A stretch of DNA of 64,000 nt from a candidate division FCPU426 bacterium (GTDB taxonomy: Bacteria; Oederibacteriota; JAAXVQ01; JAUVAV01). This document shows, piece after piece, positions 28,958 through 36,366 of this stretch (positions within the stretch are counted from its first letter, which is position 1; each line of letters opens with the position of its first letter). The stretch spans positions 320,001 through 384,000 of the forward strand of contig JBFLYH010000001.1 in NCBI GenBank assembly GCA_040756875.1. The letters run 5' to 3'. Both the position numbers and the translations under genes were made by a program. The notes beneath the pieces are model-generated. The model was not told where the DNA came from. It saw nothing but the letters and a program-made list of their open reading frames with translations, and ran no database searches.

Positions 28958-30172
28958 CTATTTGAAAATGACAAATTTATCTCCTGCTATCGAACTGATG
29001 AAGACTTTATCGAAAAAGCTGTGGTTGCTTGGCCCGACGACCGAAGGCAGACCGGTGCCCGCATTGTAATTCGACATGGTTTCGAGGGTTTGCATAAAAC
29101 GCTTGCGGGTGAGCTTTTTGCCGCACCGTTCCAGGGTGGTTATTAGGATTTTGGCGTTTATAAACCCTTCCAGGGCTACGTAATTATAATTTTCGTCGGG
29201 GTAGTATTTTTTATACAATTCCTGGAATTCTCTGACGGTTGGATTTCGTGAATCATAGGGTGATGGCACCACCTGTGTGACCAATACGTTTTTTTCCACT
29301 CCGCTCGTAAACGACAGCAACTGTTCGGCAAAGGCCTCGGATCCGACGAAAGAAACCGTATGAAACTCTGCGTCTGAAAGGCCCTTTTCTTTCGCCATTT
29401 TGACGAAATGGGCCAGCGGCGTATACGTGCCGACCATGACGATTCCGCTCGGGGCGGCGGCCACGATCTGATCAACGGCGTTGACATCGGGTAATTCTCC
29501 CCTGGAATAGGTGGCGGTGGTTAAGACTTCGAGATTATGACGCGCCAGGGCGAGTTGCACTCCCGCCAGGACGGAGTAGCCGAAATCATCATTCTGCAGA
29601 AAAACCGCTATCTTGGTTTTGCCACGGGCGGCCCAGTAATCAACGATGGCTTCGACCTCGGCAAAATAGGAGGCGCGGACGTTAAAAATGTAAGGCTGGA
29701 AAGGGTTCCGCAAGAACTCCGCGCCCGTAAAAAGCCCCAAAATGGGTGTCTGGTTTTCGTTGACGATCGGAACCACTACTTTGGCCGTCGGCGTTCCAAC
29801 ATAGTCAAAAAGGATGAAGACTTTGTCCTGGTTGATGAGTTTCCGGGTGTTTTCCGCGCATCGGGTGGGTTCATATCCGTCGTCATAGCATATGAGATTG
29901 ATGGTCCTGCCATAAATCCCGCCCTTGCTGTTTATCTCTTTGATAAGCGCCAGAGATCCTTGGGTGAGTTGGGTGCCCAAGAAGGAAGCGTGTCCGCCGA
30001 GCGCGGCCGAAGAACCGATCGTTATTTCGCGCTTGTCGATCCCTTGCGTTTCATTGGAACCGGCGCCGAAAGCTGGAAAAACAAGCAAGATCACCGCGGC
30101 TGACAAAAGCAAAGACGAAAACTTGAATTTGGACACTGTTTCAACCTCCGGAAGACGGCTTGGCCTACCCAT
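28958..30172 (-). CDS. Branched-chain-amino-acid-type (Peripla_BP_6) substrate-binding protein, orphan
   Basis: GIDKREITIG, INSKGGIYGRTI.L..YDDGYEP, VGTPT, VRASY, TQVVPSP, EGFINAK. Confidence 0.85.
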   Translation of the reverse strand: MGRPSRLPEVETVSKFKFSSLLLSAAVILLVFPAFGAGSNETQGIDKREITIGSSAALGGHASFLGTQLTQGSLALIKEINSKGGIYGRTINLICYDDGYEPTRCAENTRKLINQDKVFILFDYVGTPTAKVVVPIVNENQTPILGLFTGAEFLRNPFQPYIFNVRASYFAEVEAIVDYWAARGKTKIAVFLQNDDFGYSVLAGVQLALARHNLEVLTTATYSRGELPDVNAVDQIVAAAPSGIVMVGTYTPLAHFVKMAKEKGLSDAEFHTVSFVGSEAFAEQLLSFTSGVEKNVLVTQVVPSPYDSRNPTVREFQELYKKYYPDENYNYVALEGFINAKILITTLERCGKKLTRKRFMQTLETMSNYNAGTGLPSVVGPSNHSFFDKVFISSIAGDKFVIFK

Positions 30173-30226
30173 GAGGAAGCATCGGAAAACCGCAAAAATA
30201 CATTATATAATAAACGGATCATATTG

Positions 30227-30253
30227 CTAACGGCAATAAACGGCCGGCGATTA
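30227..30253 (-). promoter_or_regulatory. Candidate sigma28-type promoter for the binding-protein/MCP operon
   Basis: Minus strand TAAT-N15-GCCGTTAG, about 55 nt upstream of 30172. Confidence 0.35.
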
Positions 30254-30352
30254 AAGGTCGCCAAGCGAAACATTAAAGAATTTACGGAATTGGTGCGAAA
30301 TATAAGGATGGAGCGGGCCGGGGGCACAAACCAGGGAAGGTGCGTGCCTTCA

Positions 30353-31414
30353 ATGATCATCGCCGCCAGCCAGGTTTCATTTCAGCAGACGTATCTGAAT
30401 GTTCAGCAACAATCTATCGAGGAAAAATTGAAAGCCTGGATTGGACCGAGGCCGCAAACCGCCCCTGCGTCCGAACCGGCACTGGCTCGGGATTCGCTCG
30501 AACTGTCCGCTCGGGCGCTTGCCGCCTGCCGGAGTCAGGTGGAGGAAATAGAAGCCGCTCTCGTGGAGGACAGGGACGGGGAAAGCGAACTGGACCCCAA
30601 ACTGCGGTTGATCAAGCTGCTGGTGGAGAAGTTGTTCGGCCGCCGGATTCATATTGTGACGAGTGCGGAATTGCAAACCGCGGATCAAACGGAAGGCCAG
30701 CCGGCGCCCGGAGAGACGGAAACCAACCGATCGTCCTCGGATCCGGGATACGGGGTGGAATATAATCGCCGCATGCTGACATACCAGATGGAAAAAAACA
30801 CCTTTCAAGCCCGCGGTACTGTGCGGACCCAGGATGGCAAGGAGGTCCGATTCAGTTTGAGCCTGGAGATGCAATGGGAACGGCTCACCGATGAACAAGT
30901 CAGCATCCGTTTGGGCAATGCGCTGCAAGACCCGTTGGTCATCAATTTCGACGGCCGGGCGGCCGAACTGTCGGACGTGCGGATGAAGTTTGATTTGGAT
31001 GGCGATCAAAAAATGGATTTGGTGAATACGTTAAAACCCCATAGCGGCTTTTTGGCGTTGGACGTCAACGGAGACGGCAAAATCAACAATGGCATGGAAT
31101 TATTCGGCCCGCGGACCGGAGACGGATTGCGGGAATTGAGCGCTTACGACAGCGACCAGAACCGCTGGATCGATGCCAACGATGAGGTTTTCGGCCGGTT
31201 GAAAATCTGGAACCGGAACGAGCAAGGCCAGGATCAAATTCGCACGCTGGCCGATGCCGGAATCGGCGCGATCTACCTGGAGGCGGCATCCGCTCCATTT
31301 ACCCTGCGCGGCGAAGATCAGCAGGTTCAGGGGCAAGTCAAATCGACGGGATTGTATCTCAATGAAAATGGAAGCGCGGGGACGATACAGCAAGTGGATT
31401 TGGCTGTTGCCTAG
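30353..31414 (+). CDS. Conserved hypothetical protein (VCBS/EF-hand-like DxDxDG repeats)
   Basis: GTVRTQDGKEV.F, DPLVINFDG, FDLDGDQ, GFLALDVNGDGKINNGMELFGP, YDSDQNRWIDAND, GIGAIYL, GTIQQVDL. ATG at 30353. Confidence 0.8.
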   Translation: MIIAASQVSFQQTYLNVQQQSIEEKLKAWIGPRPQTAPASEPALARDSLELSARALAACRSQVEEIEAALVEDRDGESELDPKLRLIKLLVEKLFGRRIHIVTSAELQTADQTEGQPAPGETETNRSSSDPGYGVEYNRRMLTYQMEKNTFQARGTVRTQDGKEVRFSLSLEMQWERLTDEQVSIRLGNALQDPLVINFDGRAAELSDVRMKFDLDGDQKMDLVNTLKPHSGFLALDVNGDGKINNGMELFGPRTGDGLRELSAYDSDQNRWIDANDEVFGRLKIWNRNEQGQDQIRTLADAGIGAIYLEAASAPFTLRGEDQQVQGQVKSTGLYLNENGSAGTIQQVDLAVA

Positions 31415-31451
31415 GCGCCTTTGCCTTGGGGTAACGGGCGCTTGCCGGAAT

Positions 31452-32387
31452 TTACCAGCGTACGGCGGCCCCGGCCCAACTCAACCCTCCTCCGAACCCT
31501 ATCAGAAAGACGTGATCGCCTTTGGCAAAACGGTTTCCTTTCCAGGCCTCATCCAGGGCCAAACCGATGGAAGCGGACGAGGTATTGCCAAAGCGGTCGA
31601 TATTCATGACAAACCGGTCCATGGGGATTCCGCGGGTTTCCGAAACAGCTTGGGTGATGCGAAGATTGGCTTGGTGGGGAACGATGTGGAAACGGGCCTG
31701 CGGTGAAAGCCCGGTTTTCTCCTTCAACCGGTCGATCACATGGCTGATCGTGCGGACGGCAAAGCGGAACACTTTCTGCCCGTCCTGCCAGAAAAAAGGA
31801 TCGCCTTCGCGGGCGCCCATTTTGACGTAATCCGATCCGCTGGCGTCGCAACCCAGCTCGGTGGCGATGATTTCGTGCTCAAAGCTGTCGGCCGACAAAA
31901 GCAGGGCAGAGGCGCCGTCGCCGAACAGGATGCAGCTTCTGCGGTCTTGGTAGTTTGTGAAAATGGACATTTTTTCGCCGGCGGTCACCAGGCTTTGCCG
32001 GTATCCCTCGGTTTTCATCAGGCTGCCGGCAATGGCCAGGCCGTAAACCAGCCCCGAACAGGCGGCATTGACGTCGAACGCGGCCAGATGGGTCCAATTC
32101 ATGCGCCGGGCGATGATGCTGGCCTGGTAAGGGCAGGCGGTTTCGCTGGTTTCGCACGAGGCGAGCAGAAGGTCCGGGACAATGTCCAGGCCGGATAGGC
32201 AGTTTTGCGCCGCTGCGACCGCCAGGTCGGAAGCATGCATGCCTGCTGGCGCGATCCGCCGTTCCCGGATTCCGGTGCGTTGCCAGATCCATTCATCGGT
32301 GGTGTCGACCATCTTCTCCAGATCCTGATTAGTGAGCTTTTGTTCGGGCACGAAGGAACCGCTGGCGCGCAATCCGATGCGAGTCAT
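31452..32387 (-). CDS. fabH: 3-oxoacyl-ACP synthase III
   Basis: VDTTDEWIWQRTGIRERR, FDVNAACSG, LFGDGA, VPHQANLRI, GNTSSASI, GFGGGLSW. ATG at 32387 overlaps the fapR stop. Confidence 0.95.
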   Translation of the reverse strand: MTRIGLRASGSFVPEQKLTNQDLEKMVDTTDEWIWQRTGIRERRIAPAGMHASDLAVAAAQNCLSGLDIVPDLLLASCETSETACPYQASIIARRMNWTHLAAFDVNAACSGLVYGLAIAGSLMKTEGYRQSLVTAGEKMSIFTNYQDRRSCILFGDGASALLLSADSFEHEIIATELGCDASGSDYVKMGAREGDPFFWQDGQKVFRFAVRTISHVIDRLKEKTGLSPQARFHIVPHQANLRITQAVSETRGIPMDRFVMNIDRFGNTSSASIGLALDEAWKGNRFAKGDHVFLIGFGGGLSWAGAAVRW

Positions 32388-32980
32388 TTTCCCTCCGGAT
32401 GGTCGTGAATGATTTGCAAATGCGCGGCCGCTTCGTGGGTGAGGCAAATGATGGTGAAAGTGCCGTGAAAGACCAGGTCTTTATGGGACTTCAGTATGAC
32501 TTCCACCACGCGCTTCCGCTTGCTGGAGCTTATGACTCTGGCTTTAGCCAGGAGGCGGTCTCCTGCATGCGCCGGGGCGATGTATTCGATCTTGGCTTCG
32601 GAGGTAAGGGTGATTTCCGCGTCGATGATGGCATTGGCGATGGTATTCGCCTGGGCAAAAAGAATGTGGCCGCGAATAATCTTGGTTTTCGCCAGGCTCA
32701 TGGCTTCAGTGGTCTCCAGCAGGGAAAGCCCTTCTTTGTCCGGTTCGATTTCCAGGATTTCACCGACGATTTCCTGATGAGACAGGGGCCGGGCCTGGGC
32801 GAAAAGGCTGTGGCCTCGCTTCCTGACTTCAGGAATCCCGATTTTACGCCGGTCCGAACGCACGGTATGAATGCTGACCTCCAGCAGGGAAGCGAGATCA
32901 TCGTCAGAGATAAAGGGATTTTTATCTATTTCCGCCTTGATCCGATTATGCCTTTCGAGCGGGATGTTTTTGTCCGGCAT
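32384..32980 (-). CDS. fapR: Fatty-acid biosynthesis transcription factor FapR
   Basis: NPFISDDDLASLLEVSIHTVRSDR..GIPEVR HTH; EIVGEILEIE, RGHILFAQAN hot-dog domain; coupled to fabH. Confidence 0.85.
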   Translation of the reverse strand: MPDKNIPLERHNRIKAEIDKNPFISDDDLASLLEVSIHTVRSDRRKIGIPEVRKRGHSLFAQARPLSHQEIVGEILEIEPDKEGLSLLETTEAMSLAKTKIIRGHILFAQANTIANAIIDAEITLTSEAKIEYIAPAHAGDRLLAKARVISSSKRKRVVEVILKSHKDLVFHGTFTIICLTHEAAAHLQIIHDHPEGK

Positions 32981-32989
32981 GAAACCTCC

Positions 32990-33010
32990 TGATATAAGTA
33001 AGTGATATCA
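32990..33010. promoter_or_regulatory. Palindrome abutting the fapR RBS (candidate operator)
   Basis: TGATAT-N9-ATATCA immediately upstream of AGGAGG. Confidence 0.3.
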
Positions 33011-33194
33011 ACAGGTAGAAGAATACAGGGTGATAAAGCTTCTGTCCAGATAATAAAACCACGGTGGCCGGGATCTGGGTAGCTTACGCGAGAATAGTAT
33101 AGAACAAAATAATGCATATATTTGATAGACACAGAGGGAGTCACGCGAATGTCTATTTGGAGATAGGGGAGCATACCTTATGAATGGGTTCTGA

Positions 33195-33280
33195 TTCTCG
33201 CCCAGCCCATAAGATAGTAATCATTAAAATAAAATACCCAGGCGCTTTGGCCTGGGTATTTTATTTTAATGGCTCCCCGG
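33195..33280. repeat. Imperfect direct repeat of 34619-34702 (terminator plus tRNA-Asn 3' end; att-like)
   Basis: ttctcgcccagcc...cattaa(a)ataaaatacccaggc...tggcctgggtattt..ttaatggctcc(c/t)cgg is present at both positions. Confidence 0.8.
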
Positions 33281-33325
33281 AGATGAGGGCGTCTTTAGTT
33301 TACCAACTTTAATATGTAGCCCAAT

Positions 33326-33371
33326 TGTTCAAATGACTAAATACCGTAAGGGAAACTGGTCATTTGAACAA
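33326..33371. terminator. Hairpin downstream of the ICMT-like gene
   Basis: ttgttcaaatgac...gtcatttgaacaa. Confidence 0.5.
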
Positions 33372-33395
33372 CGTCCCAGTTTGCTATTCTATGTA

Positions 33396-34115
33396 TCAGA
33401 AAATTCCCGGAATCAACCTATAACGCACTTGTCTGGCATAATCCCGATACCCCGGTAACTCATCCTGTAGAGTCCTGTCTTCCAATATGGTTCTGGGCAC
33501 CATGATAATCATTGCCGCCGCCGCTGGAATTAATGTCCATACAGAATCCAATGCCAACACAATACCGAACAAAGGTATGATATTCCCGGCATAACCCGGA
33601 TGCCGCACAATCCGGTATGGACCGCTTTTACATACTGTATGCCCTCGATCCGTTTGGATGCGCACCAGAGTAGAGAAAAAACGGTTTTCCGCCATTGCCC
33701 AGATAGCAATAATATATCCGGTTACAATAAATAGAAAACCAATAAGGTTTAACCATATCGGGAACACAGGGGACCACTTAAAGCGATGATCAAGCCCTGC
33801 AACAATAACCAGCGGAAAGGACAGGCTTATTCCCATCAGTAGGGCAAGTGTTTTATCCCATGACTTCACATCTTTATTATTTCCGAAATTGGCTCGTTCT
33901 GCCAGCAGCCCCGGATGCCGCCTTTCGGCAAAAATACGTCCCCCTATACTGATTACAAAAAACAGCAGCGAAAAGACCCACGCCTGCCACCAGGCAAAAT
34001 CGTTTCCGCAAACCAACAGAATTAACGGTATTAGGATATATGCCATTAGCAAACGAATCCATTGGCGGAGGGTCATTGATTCAACAGTCTTTTGATTAAC
34101 TGTTTCCAATCCCAT
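33396..34115 (-). CDS. Isoprenylcysteine carboxylmethyltransferase (ICMT/PEMT) family membrane protein
   Basis: Multiple TMs, WAMAENRFFS, GPYRIVRHPGY, EDRTLQDELPGY; visibly AT-richer than flanking genes; aggaat RBS. Confidence 0.85.
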   Translation of the reverse strand: MGLETVNQKTVESMTLRQWIRLLMAYILIPLILLVCGNDFAWWQAWVFSLLFFVISIGGRIFAERRHPGLLAERANFGNNKDVKSWDKTLALLMGISLSFPLVIVAGLDHRFKWSPVFPIWLNLIGFLFIVTGYIIAIWAMAENRFFSTLVRIQTDRGHTVCKSGPYRIVRHPGYAGNIIPLFGIVLALDSVWTLIPAAAAMIIMVPRTILEDRTLQDELPGYRDYARQVRYRLIPGIF

Positions 34116-34425
34116 GTTATTCCTCCGTGTATTTATTTATAAAATTCAATAACAATTAATGAATCTAAGAGCAAGGAAAATAACGGCGAAAAATATCAAC
34201 CATCGTAGTGGAATGGAGGACGTCCGTAAGGCAACAGGATAACGAATATCAATAATCGGGGCCGGAGTTAGATTGTTAGGTTACAGAGAAGAAACTTCCA
34301 ACCACCCCGCCAACAGGAAAGCTGGTCTTGAGGCTTGCAATAAAATCGTGCCAGCGCGACAAGCAGCTTGCGCTGGCGTAAACGCGTGCCGCTTGCCTGG
34401 CTCGAGTCCATTGCCATAGTATCAT

Positions 34426-34467
34426 ATAATAAAAGGCCCATCCCTTGCGGGACAGGCCTTTTATTAT
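34426..34467. terminator. Hairpin abutting a tRNA 3' fragment
   Basis: ataataaaaggcc...ggccttttattat. Confidence 0.65.
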
Positions 34468-34468
34468 C

Positions 34469-34631
34469 TGGCTCCTCGGGCTGGGCTGCGCCCCATCGGC
34501 CTAAAGGCCTCTCCATAGGGGCCGATGCCCCTCTGGTGGTCGTCCGCCTGGAGGAGAACTGGATGGACTCTCTGTCACCCCGATTTTTCGGAGGGTATCC
34601 CCTCCGAGCCTCCCTTGGTTCTCGCCCAGCC
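34469..34631 (-). repeat. tRNA-Asn 3'-end fragment (19 nt) followed by a multi-hairpin palindromic element
   Basis: tggctcctcgggctgggct is identical to 34692-34710; the element is bounded by ggctgggc...gcccagcc and resembles 34826-34944. Confidence 0.7.
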
Positions 34632-34645
34632 TGCACGATAATAGT

Positions 34646-34693
34646 CATTAATAAAAATACCCAGGCTTTTTGGCCTGGGTATTTTTATTAATG
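34646..34693 (-). terminator. Intrinsic terminator of tRNA-Asn
   Basis: cattaataaaaatacccaggc-ttttt-ggcctgggtatttttattaatg directly after the CCA end. Confidence 0.75.
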
Positions 34694-34766
34694 GCTCCTC
34701 GGGCTGGGCTCGAACCAGCAACCTAGCGGTTAACAGCCGCTCGCTCCACCATTGAGCTACCGAGGA
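34692..34766 (-). tRNA. tRNA-Asn (GTT)
   Basis: Reverse complement TCCTCGGTAGCTCAATGGTGGAGCGAGCGGCTGTTAACCGCTAGGTTGCTGGTTCGAGCCCAGCCCGAGGAGCCA: cloverleaf, GTT anticodon, TTCGA T-loop, encoded CCA. Confidence 0.97.
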
Positions 34767-34812
34767 ATGGTGTTCGTACGTATTTAATTGTCGCTTTCAC
34801 AAACCGAAAGCG

Positions 34813-34992
34813 CGGGCTGGGCTCGCCCCAAAGCCCTTCGGGCTTTCCCTAGGGGGCAATGCCCCCTTAGGGCGCTCGCTAGAGCCTCGCTGTCACCCCC
34901 ATCACATGGGGGAGTGTCTCCCCCATCCCCCCACGCTAACGCTCCAACCTAGCGGTTAACAGCCGCTCGCTCCACCATTGAGCTACCGAGGA
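34813..34992 (-). pseudogene. Second tRNA-Asn copy interrupted in the T arm by a roughly 120-nt palindromic insert; acceptor 3' end lost
   Basis: 34945-34992 is identical to tRNA 5' part (34719-34766); 34813-34825 cgggctgggctcg matches the T-stem side; 34826-34944 is inserted in place of aaccag. Confidence 0.75.
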
Positions 34993-35149
34993 ATGGTGGC
35001 AAATCAAGTGTTAAGAGTAGATTAATATAGTCTATTCCGGCAGTAAATCAAGAAAAAAATCCGTTGGAAAATGGGGCTGGTGCAAGGTTTTATGCATAAA
35101 ATATAAGAACTTGGTTATATAAAACGGGTTCCAAAGCTCTAGAAAGGGA

Positions 35150-35749
35150 GTGAGTGTTATGGAAACGCTGATTACCCGGCAAGCGCCTGACTTTGAAGCG
35201 GAAGCAGTGATGCCTGACAATACATTTGGGAAGGTGAAACTTTCGGACTACCGCGGGAGGTATGTGGTCCTGTTTTTTTATCCGCTGGATTTTACCTTCG
35301 TCTGTCCGACTGAGATCATTGCTTTTGACGAGCAAAAGGAGGAATTTCGGAAACGTGGAGCGGAAATTGTGGGGGTTTCAGTTGATTCCGAATACACCCA
35401 TCTGGCCTGGAAAGAGAAACCGCACGAGGAAGGCGGCATCGGGCCAATCGGATATCCTTTGGTGTCGGATTTGGACAAGAAAATCACCCGTGCGTACGGG
35501 GTGTTGAACGAGGAGAAATTCGCCCTGCGCGCATGGTTTATTATTGATAAAAAGGGTGTCGTCAGGCATACTCTGGTGAATGATGCGGACGTGGGGCGCA
35601 ACACCCATGAGGCGCTGCGCACCTTGGATGCAATCATTTTTGCCGATGAAAACCAGGGAGTTTGCCCGGCCAATTGGCACCCTGGCGAGGACACTCTGGA
35701 ACCCAACCAGCAAAGCCTTGCGAAATATTTAACGGGCAAAAAAACCTAA
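35150..35749 (+). CDS. ahpC: Typical 2-Cys peroxiredoxin (AhpC/TSA)
   Basis: FFYPLDFTFVCPTE, VSVDS.YTHLAW, VCPANW. Confidence 0.92.
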   Translation: MSVMETLITRQAPDFEAEAVMPDNTFGKVKLSDYRGRYVVLFFYPLDFTFVCPTEIIAFDEQKEEFRKRGAEIVGVSVDSEYTHLAWKEKPHEEGGIGPIGYPLVSDLDKKITRAYGVLNEEKFALRAWFIIDKKGVVRHTLVNDADVGRNTHEALRTLDAIIFADENQGVCPANWHPGEDTLEPNQQSLAKYLTGKKT

Positions 35750-35770
35750 AAACAAGGGAGGATCGCAGGT

Positions 35771-36259
35771 ATGTTAAATGAAAAAATGCAGAATGAATTT
35801 AATCAAAGAGTCAACGACGAGCTTTATGCTTGGTATTTATACCTTTCCATGGCGGCGTATTTTGAGGCGGAAAATCTGCAGGGGTTTGCCACGTGGATGC
35901 GCAAGCAGGCGGCGGAGGAAATGACGCACGCCATGAAAAATTTCAACTACGTGCTTGAACGCCAGGGCAAGGTGACGTTGAAACCTCTGCGCGAAGTGCC
36001 TGCGACTTTTGCTTCGCCGCTGGCGGCTTTCGAAGAAGCCTTGAAGCACGAGCAGAAAGTCACGGCTATTTACAATAAATTTATTGAAATGGCCCGCGAA
36101 GAGAAGGACCACGCGGCCGAAGTTTTTCTCCAGTGGTTCGTCAATGAGCAGGTGGAGGAAGAAGCCCAGACCAGCCAGGTAGTGGAAATCCTCAAGAAAA
36201 TCAAGGATTCCATCGGCGGGTTGTATCAGCTGGACCATCGGCTGGGCAAGCGCGAATAA
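35771..36259 (+). CDS. ftnA: Non-heme ferritin
   Basis: ELYAWYLYLSMAAYF, QAAEEMTHAMK, HEQKVT, FLQWFVNEQVEEE. Confidence 0.92.
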   Translation: MLNEKMQNEFNQRVNDELYAWYLYLSMAAYFEAENLQGFATWMRKQAAEEMTHAMKNFNYVLERQGKVTLKPLREVPATFASPLAAFEEALKHEQKVTAIYNKFIEMAREEKDHAAEVFLQWFVNEQVEEEAQTSQVVEILKKIKDSIGGLYQLDHRLGKRE

Positions 36260-36271
36260 TAGTGGCGTTTT

Positions 36272-36306
36272 TTAGGGGCGGTCGAAATGCTTCGGCCGCC
36301 CTTTTT
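36272..36306 (+). terminator. Intrinsic terminator after ferritin
   Basis: aggggcggtcgaa...ttcggccgcccttttt. Confidence 0.6.
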
Positions 36307-36366
36307 ATATTTGCGACAATGGCATATAATACCTCAACAGCCTAAGTATTACGGGGTGAGCCGCGG

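Noticed and set aside
34268-34691. Short ORFs 34268-34648 (-) and 34368-34691 (+)
   Set aside because: They overlap terminators, tRNA fragments and palindromes, and have no protein-like motifs.
33187-34992. CRISPR array or classical integron attC array
   Set aside because: The repeats are tRNA-derived, few and irregularly spaced; there is no cas or intI gene and no clear RYYYAAC...GTTRRRY pair.
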